A stretch of 64,000 nt of DNA from an uncultured Candidatus Saccharibacteria bacterium (GTDB lineage: Bacteria > Patescibacteriota > Minisyncoccia > Phycocordibacterales > UBA9973). Shown here one piece after another: positions 10,358-21,088 of this stretch. Position 1 is the stretch's first letter. Each line of letters opens with the position of its first letter. Position numbers and translations under genes: made by a program. The stretch covers positions 5,606 to 69,605 of the forward strand of contig CAYIBP010000003.1 of NCBI GenBank assembly GCA_964361705.1. Direction: 5' to 3'. The notes under the pieces were generated by a model. It was not told the origin of the DNA and made no database searches. It saw only the letters and a program-made list of their open reading frames with translations.

Positions 10358-10666
10358 TTACTTTTGAGCTTTCAACTCTTTTCTCTTTTTAGTTGGTTTC
10401 TTTTTAGATAACACATTTCTTTTCTTGCCTTCTATCACCTTTTGGCTAACCATAAAGTTATGCATAGTGTCAGAGAGTTGAGCGCCCTTTGAAACCCAAT
10501 ATTGTATTCTCTCGGCCTTAAAATTTGTCTCTCCTGCTTTCGGATTATAAGTACCGACTATCTCCAAGAATTTACCACTCTTGGTACTGTTTTTAGAATC
10601 AGTCAAAACAGCTCGAAAAGCTGGGTCGTTCTTCCTGCCTATCCTTTGTAATCTTATTTTTAACAT
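10358..10666 (-). CDS. rpsP: 30S ribosomal protein S16
   Basis: MLKIRLQRIGRKNDPAFR...GTYNP...GAQLSDT. Confidence 0.97.
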   Translation of the reverse strand: MLKIRLQRIGRKNDPAFRAVLTDSKNSTKSGKFLEIVGTYNPKAGETNFKAERIQYWVSKGAQLSDTMHNFMVSQKVIEGKKRNVLSKKKPTKKRKELKAQK

Positions 10667-10698
10667 AGGAACAGTCTAACATAATTTATTAAAAAAGC

Positions 10699-10739
10699 AA
10701 TAAAATAAAAAGACGCGGAATGCGTCTTTTTATTTTATT
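10699..10739. terminator. intrinsic terminator, bidirectional-looking
   Basis: AATAAAATAAAAAGACGC-ggaat-GCGTCTTTTTATTTTATT perfect inverted repeat downstream of the 118-aa gene. Confidence 0.75.
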
Positions 10740-10760
10740 TATTCTCTAGCTATTACAGAA

Positions 10761-11117
10761 CTAGATATTGTCTATAAACTCGTTTGCTAGACTTAGCACA
10801 AGAGCAGCTTGCGCGTCAGTTAGATACTTGTAGCCTTTCTTTTTTCCTAATTTCTTCTCCATATCATTAGCTACTCTTTCCATCTTCCTTTCTGCTTTAT
10901 CTAGTTTATTTTTCTTTCCTGCTAAAGCAATCATATTGTCTATTCTGTTTAAGAGCTTCTTCTCATCAGGGGTACTGCCTGGAAATGCTTCAACGGTTGC
11001 TCTCATAGAAAGCAAATGCGCCATAGGATCAAATGGACCACCATAGGCTGCAGCAGAACCAAAACCCAAAACCATCATCATCGTAACCAATAAACTCGCA
11101 CCTAAGAACTTTTTCAT
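10761..11117 (-). CDS. small secreted hypothetical protein
   Basis: Signal peptide MKKFLGASLLVTMMMVLGFGSAAA then a helical charged domain; own promoter and terminator. Confidence 0.75.
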   Translation of the reverse strand: MKKFLGASLLVTMMMVLGFGSAAAYGGPFDPMAHLLSMRATVEAFPGSTPDEKKLLNRIDNMIALAGKKNKLDKAERKMERVANDMEKKLGKKKGYKYLTDAQAALVLSLANEFIDNI

Positions 11118-11222
11118 AAAATATAATTAGTTAAATTAATAATAAAAACATTTCGGAATATTATTTATATAGCCGATAGCATCATTATACACAATCATAT
11201 ATAATATGAAAACAACTTTAGA

Positions 11223-11231
11223 TGTGGATAA
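11223..11231. promoter_or_regulatory. DnaA box
   Basis: TGTGGATAA, reverse complement of consensus TTATCCACA, intergenic. Confidence 0.6.
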
Positions 11232-11260
11232 CCCACAACAGAGCTACTTATGGAATTAAT

Positions 11261-12784
11261 ATGGATTTAAAACAGCAAATAAAGCCTAAATATATATTTT
11301 TAATATTAGTATCCTTGCTTGTTTTAGGTGGATTTTTTAGATTTTACCAACTAGAAAAAGCCCCATACTGGATGGATGAAGGATACACCATCAATGCCGT
11401 ACTTTCTGTCGAAGAAAAAGGCTCAACAATACTGGATTCCGGAGAAAAATATCGTTGCCCTACATACTGCCATATCACAGCTTATATAGCTGAACGCTTC
11501 GGTAACAATGCTTTTTCTTTTAGGTTTCTTTCTGTAATTGCAGGGATACTTTCTATAGCGCTGATTTTCTACACCACCAAGAGATTTTTTGGGAATATTG
11601 TTGCTATCACCTCGACCTTTTTTATAACCTTTTCATATTGGCAAATAGCCTGGTCTAGACAAGCCAGATGGTACACGCTTTTTGCTTTATTTTTTTGGCT
11701 AGCTATTTTGTTCTTTGATAAGTTTTTGAAAAGCGACAAAAGCAACTTGGAGAAATATTTATTTTTGACAAGCTCGCTGGTATTTTCTTTTCTTGCGTCT
11801 ATAACCCACGGACTTGGATACTTGATGCCTTTTATTTTTATGATTTGGTATTTTGTTGAAAAAGTCATTATAGAAAAGAAGGCGTCTTGGAAAAGATATG
11901 TCCTTGGATTCATATTAATTACAGGGACAATCCTTATTCTTGATTCCCTGCTAGGAACACGGTTTTACAAAGGTCTGCTACGAGGAATTAATCTTGATTT
12001 CAATCCGCATTATTATATTTACTTTTTGATTAAGAACTATTGGCTGTTTATTCTGCCTATGATATATACTTTATATACATCAATCAGAAAAAAGAAATTC
12101 ATCGTGGGAATTTTATTTTTTATTTTTCTAGCCTATTTACTGCCACTTTCTTTTTTAACAAAACTTGTAAATTATAGATACATTTTTCATGTTACCCCTA
12201 TACTGATCATTTTAGGCTCTTTAGGAATATACGACATATACTTGTTGATAAACAAAAAATGGCAGAAAATAGCTTTTATTTTGTGCATCATAATATTGTT
12301 CTTTTCTTTTGGTAAAGGAGTACTTGCCCCTAAAAATTTTTATTTTTTGGAATCAGACACTCCAAAGACATGGGGCAAGGGGGCGCATTATTCATACACT
12401 CCGCAACCAGACTGGAACAAAGCCTATGACTTTATAAAAAGTAATATGGAAAACGAAGATCTGGTGATCAGCAGTTTGCCTCATTTTAATAAAATATTCC
12501 TCGGCATACCAGGGTATTGGATAAAATATAATTACTTGGGTATAACAGGCAAAGAATCTAAGACAAAAGACAACAAAGAATTCTATGTGGGAGCTGAAAC
12601 AATAAACAATTTATCTGAACTTAAAGAATTAGCTTCAAAGAATCATGGATACATCGTACTGGATTTTATGGCAATAGATGAAAAAATACAGCCCGATATA
12701 TTGGAATACATCACAAACAACTTTGCACAAGTGTTTTACGACAGGATAAACACATATTCGCGAGTTTGGATATATAGATTTTAA
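11261..12784 (+). CDS. GT-C fold membrane glycosyltransferase (PMT_2 / family 39-like)
   Basis: RFYQL...YWMDEG acidic loop, SRQARWY, many TM helices; start moved to ATG 11261. Confidence 0.8.
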   Translation: MDLKQQIKPKYIFLILVSLLVLGGFFRFYQLEKAPYWMDEGYTINAVLSVEEKGSTILDSGEKYRCPTYCHITAYIAERFGNNAFSFRFLSVIAGILSIALIFYTTKRFFGNIVAITSTFFITFSYWQIAWSRQARWYTLFALFFWLAILFFDKFLKSDKSNLEKYLFLTSSLVFSFLASITHGLGYLMPFIFMIWYFVEKVIIEKKASWKRYVLGFILITGTILILDSLLGTRFYKGLLRGINLDFNPHYYIYFLIKNYWLFILPMIYTLYTSIRKKKFIVGILFFIFLAYLLPLSFLTKLVNYRYIFHVTPILIILGSLGIYDIYLLINKKWQKIAFILCIIILFFSFGKGVLAPKNFYFLESDTPKTWGKGAHYSYTPQPDWNKAYDFIKSNMENEDLVISSLPHFNKIFLGIPGYWIKYNYLGITGKESKTKDNKEFYVGAETINNLSELKELASKNHGYIVLDFMAIDEKIQPDILEYITNNFAQVFYDRINTYSRVWIYRF

Positions 12785-12821
12785 TGTTTACTTTGCATAT
12801 AGCTCGTGATATAAACGCTAT

Positions 12822-13910
12822 ATGCAAGAAAAGATAAAGAACTGGTTTAAATCTATAAATTTTAGAGAATTTGCAAAACAAGAAGCAAAAAATCCTATAT
12901 TTTGGGCACGATTTTTTGCTTATGCTATTCCCCTAACCTTTTTGCTCTATATACTTTATATAAATTTTCTGCCCTTTGGATATGATAAAACTTTCGTCAT
13001 AAATGCTGGTTCAAAAAACGATATTGTTGTCAGTGAATTTTACTTGGAACCATCGACAAATCTTTCAGAAGACAAAGTAGATGAAAATGGAAAAACATAT
13101 CGCGAATTAAATGGTAGCGCATATGCAATATTTAAACCCAAAGCGATACTAAAAAACGCGACAGTAGCCATCACGACGGAAGACGAAGGAATATTTATAA
13201 ACTCCTCTCTTTTAGATTTTGATAAAGATGAAATAGAATGGGAAAATTCTTTTGATTTCAATGAAGGAATACCAAAAGGATGGGGTGGAAACGCGTTGAT
13301 GGTTGATGATGAACTCACCTTCAATGGAGAAAATTCGCGCATTTATCTGCCCTACTCCAGAGATAGATTTGAGGACGGGCCTTTTAGTTTATATATGGAG
13401 TGGTCTCCGACAGATGAAGACTCAAATTCCCAGCAGATAGTGGGACATTATAACTGGGAACTTTGGCAAAACAAAAACAATGTAGAATTCAGAGTGGGAA
13501 GAATGAATGACAATCAGGGACCCGCTTATTCTATTAAATACACTTTTGACCCTGATCTTTTTTTCTATGACACACATTCAGCTATCGCGATCTATAACCC
13601 AAGCGACAACGGCTACATAGAACTATACATAGATGATGAATATGCGGGTAGAACATACATAGGTAAAGATAAAATTTATAAATATTATGGTGATCAAAAT
13701 CTGACCATCGGATGGAGTCCTCACAACAATGGCAATAATTCATATTTTTCTGGCACTATATATGATCTGAGATTTGCACTTAAAAACATAATTACGCCAA
13801 ACAAAACTGTGACACTAGAAATGGAAGATAACGCTCCTCTAAAAATAGAACTTTTTTCAAACGGTACGGCAAAGTTGAGACAAATCAAGCTAAATGCAGT
13901 CAAACAATAA
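12822..13910 (+). CDS. membrane-anchored LamG/concanavalin A-like domain protein
   Basis: One N-terminal TM; LTFNG...FSLYMEW...IELYIDD...LTIG...YFSGTIYDLRF pattern. Confidence 0.65.
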   Translation: MQEKIKNWFKSINFREFAKQEAKNPIFWARFFAYAIPLTFLLYILYINFLPFGYDKTFVINAGSKNDIVVSEFYLEPSTNLSEDKVDENGKTYRELNGSAYAIFKPKAILKNATVAITTEDEGIFINSSLLDFDKDEIEWENSFDFNEGIPKGWGGNALMVDDELTFNGENSRIYLPYSRDRFEDGPFSLYMEWSPTDEDSNSQQIVGHYNWELWQNKNNVEFRVGRMNDNQGPAYSIKYTFDPDLFFYDTHSAIAIYNPSDNGYIELYIDDEYAGRTYIGKDKIYKYYGDQNLTIGWSPHNNGNNSYFSGTIYDLRFALKNIITPNKTVTLEMEDNAPLKIELFSNGTAKLRQIKLNAVKQ

Positions 13911-16071
13911 GTTACAAAATATTTGGATTCTATTGGATAGCTATTTCTTCATGCCATTCTTTAGCGCTCTAGCTCTAGTTTTTTTGTGTTTTTACATCGC
14001 TCCACTGGAGTTGTTTTATTTTAGTAAAGTATCATCCATCTACACAGCTATCATTTCCGCATTCATTGCTTTTTTTCTTTGGTTTAGAAGACTAGGAGAA
14101 GAAAGTAGAATAAAAAATCTTTTGACTGAATTAAATAAACATTTCTTTCTTTCAGGTTTAATAACCATAATTATCTTGAATCTCACGCCCTTTGGGAATC
14201 TCTCTTTTCCGACGTACATAAAATTAGTTTTAAACTTTGCGACATTTTTCAGCGGATTTATAACGATCTATGTCAATAAAAATTTATTAGTAAACATAGA
14301 ATCGGAAAGAAATGATGAAATACTTGTGGAGCAGGAGAAAATAAACGAATTCAGAAACAAATTTCCAAAAATAAATAAAATTCCATTATTTAGAAATGTT
14401 GCCAGATTTATTTACATAGAAAAATGGTGGTACTCTCTTTCTATAATCTTACTTTTGGTTATAGGTTTTGTGATAAGACTCTACAATCTTGGTGAACTGA
14501 GTCTATGGTGGGATGAACTCTTAACAGGAACTTACGTCACGAGAATTCTGGAAACAGGTTTACCAATATCACCGTCCGGTTTTGAATATTACTGGAGGGG
14601 AATATCATACCATTATCTTGTTTCTGGCTTTACATTTATTTTCGGAAACACTGAATTTTGGCTTAGATTCCCTAGTGTACTATTAGGAATTGGAACCATA
14701 ATACTATCTTTCTTGATAACGAAAAGAATAAACAAGATTCTAGCTCTTTTTATAGTAATTATTTTAACTTTTTCGATTTACAACGTAGAATATTCTCAAT
14801 TCGCTCGTTTCTATATAATGAACGCCTTTCTTTTTTTACTAAACATAGAATTCTTTTGGCGAGGATTCTTTGAGCAAAAAAAGTGGTTTAAGGTGCTCTC
14901 TATCATTACTTTCTTAATAATGATATTAACCGTACAGTTAGGATCAATATTTATTTCAGTAATATTTTATTACTTAATATATAAAATATCTTTAATAAAA
15001 ATTAAGAAATCAAGAATCAGAGACTTATTTAGTTTAAAATTATTTATACCTATAATGCTTTTTTTGAGTTTATATATAACTGGAAACCCTTTTGATTTGA
15101 TTGGTATCTATAAAGATCATCCTTATGAAGTGGATTTAATTAGTCAGGTAGATGGCAATGTAAGATACATTTTACCTAAAATACCCTACCCAGAATTTAA
15201 AAATATCGTATTACCATTTTTTAATGACTTTTACTGGCCAACTATTTTTTTCATCTTAGCATCAATTATTTCTTTATTTTTAATTTTTAACAAACTAAAA
15301 TTAAACAAAGAACTAGGTTACTCAGAATATATTCTGGGGATATCTTTTATATCACTAATACTCTTTGAGTTCGCTAATCCATTTTCAAAAGAACCTAGAC
15401 TATACCTAATGTTTGAACCTCTTTATATCATCCTATCAATGATGACTATTTTCATCATTGTAAAAGAAATCTTACAACTAAAGCATAAAAAAACATTGAT
15501 TATTCTGTCTTTCATTCTCCTTGCTTTATTTTTTAGTTCAAAACCATCCCTTTATGATGTGATGAATATTAGATACGGTGACAATGTGTCAAACGATCCA
15601 TTTAGAACTACTTGGGCTCAAGCGTATCGTTCCGATTCAAAAACCACGCTTGAATATTTAAAGAAAAATATAGAAGACGAAGACATTTGGATCAATACTC
15701 TTGAACCAGCATATTTTTATTTACAAAGAAATCCAGATTTTATTTTGAATCAAAATTACAAATGGAAAAACATGTGGCGAGAAGAAATTTTTACCGATAA
15801 AGATAAAAACTATATAGAAATAAGATATAACAGTATACTTATAAACACAATGGAAGACTTACAAAAAATCTTAAACAATAATACTAATAAAAATGTATGG
15901 CTCTTAGCAAACGGGCAAAACCTCGAAACATTATATACAAAACAATTAAATAAGGATTTTGTGGACTTTTTATCCGAAAATACAGAAAACGTTGTATATT
16001 CTTCTCCAGACGAAAGAAGCAAGCTTTTGCTTTTCCAAAAATTAAATCAATCCTTCTTGTTAAAGAAATAA
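13894..16071 (+). CDS. GT-C fold membrane glycosyltransferase with extra N-terminal TM block
   Basis: RLYNLGELSLWWDEL, LRFPSVL, YSQFARFY; polytopic. Confidence 0.8.
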   Translation: MQSNNKLQNIWILLDSYFFMPFFSALALVFLCFYIAPLELFYFSKVSSIYTAIISAFIAFFLWFRRLGEESRIKNLLTELNKHFFLSGLITIIILNLTPFGNLSFPTYIKLVLNFATFFSGFITIYVNKNLLVNIESERNDEILVEQEKINEFRNKFPKINKIPLFRNVARFIYIEKWWYSLSIILLLVIGFVIRLYNLGELSLWWDELLTGTYVTRILETGLPISPSGFEYYWRGISYHYLVSGFTFIFGNTEFWLRFPSVLLGIGTIILSFLITKRINKILALFIVIILTFSIYNVEYSQFARFYIMNAFLFLLNIEFFWRGFFEQKKWFKVLSIITFLIMILTVQLGSIFISVIFYYLIYKISLIKIKKSRIRDLFSLKLFIPIMLFLSLYITGNPFDLIGIYKDHPYEVDLISQVDGNVRYILPKIPYPEFKNIVLPFFNDFYWPTIFFILASIISLFLIFNKLKLNKELGYSEYILGISFISLILFEFANPFSKEPRLYLMFEPLYIILSMMTIFIIVKEILQLKHKKTLIILSFILLALFFSSKPSLYDVMNIRYGDNVSNDPFRTTWAQAYRSDSKTTLEYLKKNIEDEDIWINTLEPAYFYLQRNPDFILNQNYKWKNMWREEIFTDKDKNYIEIRYNSILINTMEDLQKILNNNTNKNVWLLANGQNLETLYTKQLNKDFVDFLSENTENVVYSSPDERSKLLLFQKLNQSFLLKK

Positions 16072-16952
16072 AATATTCCTCCAATTGATGTCTGAATCAA
16101 CATTATAAAACGTGATAACAAAGAAATACTAAGAGATGCCTCTGCCGAAATACCAATGAAAGACAACAGAGATATCAAAGATAATTCATATACACCAATA
16201 GCATTCACAGAAATAGGTACGATACTTATTAATTGTATTACCAGATAAAAACCTGTAACTAACAAATAATCAGTGTTATATCCAAACATTAAGAGATAAA
16301 TCCATAGGCTTAGCGATCCAAGCAAGGGGTATATTATTGAAATTGACACAACTCTAAACCAATTTAAATTCATCTCTTTTATATGATTTTTAATTTTTAG
16401 AACAATTCCTTTCAATTTACTTGAAAAAAAGTAGATAATCAGAGCAAAAAGAAAAATAACAATAAATAAAAAGATAATTGAAATCTTTTTTACTTCTAAA
16501 TAAAAAAACGGCAAGATTTTATAAGACAGGAAAATTAAAAGAAGTAGTGTGCCAGCGATCCCCGACAATCTGTCTAATAAAACGGAGGTGAGGACCTTGG
16601 TCTTGCCCAATTCTGGTCCTAACTTTACAACCTTATAAGCATCACCTCCTATCGTGGAAGGTAAAAAATTACTGAAGAAATTACTCATCCAGTAGATTCT
16701 GAATAGTTTCCAAAACGGGTATTTTATCATCCCCTCCCATTTCAGAGTAGATAAAAATAATCCAGGTAAATATAAGAAAAAAGGAACAAGAATCAAATAA
16801 TTAACATTTGAAAACAATTTTATAGATTCTTCTAAGTCTATTTGACTTAAAACTAACCAAATAAACAGAAACATAAAACAAAGTTTTATAAAAAACCTGT
16901 GTTTAATTAGTAGTATTTTATATGGTTGTAAAAAATCAATTAATTTTTTCAT
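16047..16952 (-). CDS. LPG-synthase TM region / flippase-like protein (UPF0104, AglD2-like)
   Basis: SNFFSNFLPSTIGGD, LLDRLSG, PISVNAIGVYE. Confidence 0.8.
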   Translation of the reverse strand: MKKLIDFLQPYKILLIKHRFFIKLCFMFLFIWLVLSQIDLEESIKLFSNVNYLILVPFFLYLPGLFLSTLKWEGMIKYPFWKLFRIYWMSNFFSNFLPSTIGGDAYKVVKLGPELGKTKVLTSVLLDRLSGIAGTLLLLIFLSYKILPFFYLEVKKISIIFLFIVIFLFALIIYFFSSKLKGIVLKIKNHIKEMNLNWFRVVSISIIYPLLGSLSLWIYLLMFGYNTDYLLVTGFYLVIQLISIVPISVNAIGVYELSLISLLSFIGISAEASLSISLLSRFIMLIQTSIGGIFYFFNKKD

Positions 16953-17991
16953 ATATTTTAGCAAGAGAAGTAATGTAATTATTTAAATCTTTACCTTTTA
17001 CATTATCCTTACCGTTGTGAATAAGTTTCAAATAAAGTTCTCCGTCAGATAGTAGGTATTTTATTTTGTTTGCTAAATCAGCAGAATTCTTAGATTGAAA
17101 GGTCAACACATTCCTTTTATCTTGTACCAAACTAGCCAAACTTTCAATATCAGAAACAATAACAGGCACACCAAACATCCAAGATTCATTTAGAACTATT
17201 GGATTTGCTTCACTTAGAGAAGAGATCACTAGCAAATCGATCTCGTTGTAAACATGCTCTACATCAGAAACGAAACCAAGAAATTTTATTCTGGAATCCA
17301 GATCCAGATCTCTTGATAAAGTTTTTAAGTTTAATAATTCTGGACCATCACCCGCAATAATCGCCTTATAATTAGTAGGTAAAAAAGACAAAGATTCTAT
17401 TAAGAATTTACATCCTTTTACTTCACTCAACCTACCGATAAAACCTATTGTATAATTGTCCTTTGGATAAAAATCAATATTAATAATATCAGAAGAGGCA
17501 GAGCACCTAACAAAATTATTCAACACATACAATTTATCTTTCTTGATTGATATATTTTTAAGTAAAAAATCTCTTATGTAGTCAGATACACAGATGACAC
17601 CGTTTATCCTTTTTTTACAGATTTTAAATAAGTTATTGTACAGACGATTGTTTATTAAAATATCTCCATGTTCATGGTGTATAAATTTTAAATCTCGAAA
17701 AATAAGAGATAAGATAATTCCAAAGTAAAACCCCTTACGATGATGAGTGTGTATAATATCTATCTTTTTGTTTTTAATTATAAAAAAAATATCTATGAGA
17801 GGAAAAAGATTAAATTTTGAATAGTTTTTCACTATTACATTATTCTTTTGTATTACTGGTTTATCAACAGGTTTGCGAATAAAATAATAAGTAAGTTGAA
17901 TATTGGGTATATTAAAATTCTTAATTAAAGAATCTACGATGGACTCTACGCCACCGAAACCATATTTATCAACTATATGTAAAACGTTCAT
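16936..17991 (-). CDS. glycosyltransferase family 4
   Basis: GGVE, FIGRLSEVKG, SEANPIVLNE (Ex7E). Confidence 0.9.
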   Translation of the reverse strand: MNVLHIVDKYGFGGVESIVDSLIKNFNIPNIQLTYYFIRKPVDKPVIQKNNVIVKNYSKFNLFPLIDIFFIIKNKKIDIIHTHHRKGFYFGIILSLIFRDLKFIHHEHGDILINNRLYNNLFKICKKRINGVICVSDYIRDFLLKNISIKKDKLYVLNNFVRCSASSDIINIDFYPKDNYTIGFIGRLSEVKGCKFLIESLSFLPTNYKAIIAGDGPELLNLKTLSRDLDLDSRIKFLGFVSDVEHVYNEIDLLVISSLSEANPIVLNESWMFGVPVIVSDIESLASLVQDKRNVLTFQSKNSADLANKIKYLLSDGELYLKLIHNGKDNVKGKDLNNYITSLAKIYEKIN

Positions 17992-17994
17992 AAT

Positions 17995-19095
17995 TTATAG
18001 ATTTGAATATGCCACTAATAAATCATTATTTTCATAATTACTAATTATATTATTCCTCGTACTGATCACACCATCTAATAAAGCATTATTATCTCGTTCA
18101 AGTCTAGAAAGGATATTTTGTAAATCACCTTTGTTTTTATAAAACAAACCATTAAAATTGTCACGTAGCAACTCATGGTTACATTCAATATCATTAGCTA
18201 TCGTGATTTTATCCATAAGCAGATAGTGTATCATTTTCATACTAGGTTGTCTGCCATATATTCTAGGTAAAACGCCCGCTATAGATTTTTTGATCAAAAA
18301 ATTAACATGGGGTACTGATAATTTACCAGGCAAGAAAACTTTTGCATTTAATTCGAGTGTATTTATCAAATCATTGATATTTTCTGAAATCTTCCCAACA
18401 ATGACTAATTTAAACTCGCTTTTAACTTGTGAAAAAAGATTTAAGAAGTTTTCAATACCTTGGTATGATTCAGAATTTCCAACATAAATAAGATATTTTT
18501 CATTTTTTTTATTATCAATAATATAATCTTCAATCTTCAAATCTAATTTATCATAAAAAAGTACAGTTTTTTTATCTTTAAAAACTGGATCCTTTGAATA
18601 AATCTGCCAATTCAAAATTATTAAATCGCAATTTTGGATAATCTTTCTTTCTAAAAAAAGAATAAAACTCCTAAAGGGAACTTCTTTTCTGGAAATTTCT
18701 AGATTATCTATAATGCGATTATGTAAGTCATAGATTAATTTAACTTTTTTTGATACAAAAAAAGAAAGGATATATCCAATAAAAGCAGCCTCAAAATCTT
18801 CACAGTGAACAAAACTATACTGTCTGGATAATATCAAATACAATCCTTTACAAAAAATCAAAAAATCTAGAATTATTCGAGATAAATTTATTTTTCCAAC
18901 ACCTATCGTGGGTTTAAAAAAACTAATAGTCCTGTATAATCTTGTATTTTTTAGCTCAATATCTTTCCCAAGATTATAAGTAAGTAAATCAATTTCATAT
19001 TTTTCACTTAATTTGCTAACCATCGAATACACACGAAGAGAAGAACCTTTTTCTTCGTAAAATGGTGTTGTGGCAATTACCAATACCCTCTTCAT
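17995..19095 (-). CDS. glycosyltransferase family 4-like
   Basis: GT-B pattern: YVGNSESYQG, PSMKMIHY, NGLFY. Confidence 0.75.
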   Translation of the reverse strand: MKRVLVIATTPFYEEKGSSLRVYSMVSKLSEKYEIDLLTYNLGKDIELKNTRLYRTISFFKPTIGVGKINLSRIILDFLIFCKGLYLILSRQYSFVHCEDFEAAFIGYILSFFVSKKVKLIYDLHNRIIDNLEISRKEVPFRSFILFLERKIIQNCDLIILNWQIYSKDPVFKDKKTVLFYDKLDLKIEDYIIDNKKNEKYLIYVGNSESYQGIENFLNLFSQVKSEFKLVIVGKISENINDLINTLELNAKVFLPGKLSVPHVNFLIKKSIAGVLPRIYGRQPSMKMIHYLLMDKITIANDIECNHELLRDNFNGLFYKNKGDLQNILSRLERDNNALLDGVISTRNNIISNYENNDLLVAYSNL

Positions 19096-20042
19096 CTTTT
19101 TTTATTGTATGCTTTTAGGGTGCTTTCGACCATTTCTAGCAAGCCGAATTTTGGTTGCCAGTTTAATATTTTTTTTGCTTTATCAAAGGATGCCACTACG
19201 CTGGTAAGATCGCCCAATCTTTTCTTTATAAACCTGTATTTTACTTTTTTACCAGAGACTTTTTCAAACATATTCATTATTTCTAAAACAGAATAACCTT
19301 TTTCACTTCCTAGATTAAAAACACCAGAACCTTTCAGATTCATGGCTTTAATATGCGCATCGGCTATATCGGATACATGCACATAATCCCTGACACCTGT
19401 GCCATCTACTGTATCGTAATCATTGCCAAATATTTCAAGTTGTTTTTTATTACCAAAAAGCACATCGGCTATAACATTAAAAATATTTCTTACATTTGGA
19501 CCTATATAGTTCAATCCTTCATAACCTGCTACATTGAAATATCTCAGGGCGACATATCTCATGCCAGACAGATCAGCATGCCATTTCAATAAATCTTCGC
19601 CCATAAGCTTTGTAAAACCATAAAAATTAGCGGGGTTGCATTCGTGTGCTTCATTTATTTTTTTCACCTTTGGTTCGCCATATACTGCCGCAGAAGAAGA
19701 GAAAATAAATTGTTTGATCTTTAGTCTTGGTGCAATCTCCAAGAGATTCATCATGCCTTTAATATTCTCATCATACAAATCAGGTCTTTCCATAGATTCA
19801 CCAACATCCTTTCTAGCAGCGAAATGCATCAGCACATCAAATGCTTTATTTTTTAAATTCTTTTCAAAAGATGTAAAATTCAAAATATTTACTTTGTGAA
19901 AAACGGCTCTAGAATCCACATTTTCCTTTCTACCCCTTGAAAGATCATCCACCACTGTGACAGAATAACCGGCATCCACGAGCTTTTTCACCACTACGCT
20001 ACCAATATATCCGGCTCCCCCTGTGACAAGTATTTTCTTCAT
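19092..20042 (-). CDS. galE: UDP-glucose 4-epimerase
   Basis: VTGGAGYIGS, SSSAAVYG, YGFTK, LRYFNVAG, DGTGVRDYVHV. Confidence 0.92.
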   Translation of the reverse strand: MKKILVTGGAGYIGSVVVKKLVDAGYSVTVVDDLSRGRKENVDSRAVFHKVNILNFTSFEKNLKNKAFDVLMHFAARKDVGESMERPDLYDENIKGMMNLLEIAPRLKIKQFIFSSSAAVYGEPKVKKINEAHECNPANFYGFTKLMGEDLLKWHADLSGMRYVALRYFNVAGYEGLNYIGPNVRNIFNVIADVLFGNKKQLEIFGNDYDTVDGTGVRDYVHVSDIADAHIKAMNLKGSGVFNLGSEKGYSVLEIMNMFEKVSGKKVKYRFIKKRLGDLTSVVASFDKAKKILNWQPKFGLLEMVESTLKAYNKKR

Positions 20043-20043
20043 T

Positions 20044-20997
20044 TTATACTTCTATTACCTCTCTTATATAATATCTTTTTTCATACGGGGAATTGTTTAG
20101 GTTGAGTTTAATCAAAAGATCGATGACAAGCCCAAAAGAAAAGAGCATTATGCCAGAAGTAAGGAAAAAGAAAGTCAGAAGACCCCAACCGTTTCTGTTG
20201 AGACTAAGTCCCAAGAAAAATTTGCCGTATAAAGTCCAAAGTCCAGAAAGAAAACCCAACAAAAGTAGAACAAAACTAATCGAACCAAAAAGATGCATCG
20301 GTCTTTGTGAGTATTTGTGTATAAACCATATAAAAATAAGATCAATCAATCCTTTTATTGATTTCTTCCAATTGTACTTGCTTTTGCCATACTCTCTCTT
20401 GCGATCATTTACAAACACCTCACCAATAGAAAAACCTTTCCAACGCAAAAGAGCGAGGATGTATCTGTGCATCTCGCCTCCTATATCCAGAGATTTTACC
20501 GCTTCCCTCTTGTAAACACGAAAAGAACATCCGGTGTCATGTACGATGTCCTTGATAAGTATCTTTCTAAACCATCTACCTATGCGAGTGAAGACTTTTA
20601 TCATATTTCTATCTTTGCGAACTTTTCTCCACCCAGCCACCACATCCAGATCTTCGTCGTGCATTTTTTTTAAAAGCAAATGAATATCACGCGGATCATT
20701 TTGCCCGTCACCATCCATGGAGATTACTATATCCCCCATTGCAACTTTAAAACCAGCATCAAAAGCTGTGGCTTGGCCATAATTGCGATTGAGATTTATT
20801 ATTTTTGCCTTATTTAAAGATTTAAGTTCTTCAAGTGATCTATCAGTACTGCCGTCATTTATGTAGATAATCTCGTATTTTGAACTTAAAGAGGCCAATT
20901 CACTGCTTATTTCTTGGTGCAGTGATAAGATGTTTCCTTCTTCGTTATATATAGGTACAACAACAGAAAAATTAAGGCCTTCTTTATCAGAATTCAT
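20044..20997 (-). CDS. glycosyltransferase family 2 (polyprenol-phosphate sugar synthase-like, two C-terminal TMs)
   Basis: VVVPIYNEE, DGSTD, MDGDGQNDP, DTGCSFR. Confidence 0.9.
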   Translation of the reverse strand: MNSDKEGLNFSVVVPIYNEEGNILSLHQEISSELASLSSKYEIIYINDGSTDRSLEELKSLNKAKIINLNRNYGQATAFDAGFKVAMGDIVISMDGDGQNDPRDIHLLLKKMHDEDLDVVAGWRKVRKDRNMIKVFTRIGRWFRKILIKDIVHDTGCSFRVYKREAVKSLDIGGEMHRYILALLRWKGFSIGEVFVNDRKREYGKSKYNWKKSIKGLIDLIFIWFIHKYSQRPMHLFGSISFVLLLLGFLSGLWTLYGKFFLGLSLNRNGWGLLTFFFLTSGIMLFSFGLVIDLLIKLNLNNSPYEKRYYIREVIEV

Positions 20998-21088
20998 ATA
21001 CTGTATTTATACCAAAAAATAAATCTTTTTCAAGCCGTCTAATAATCGACACAAGACACATAATTCTTTTTTTGCTATATTAAATAGA

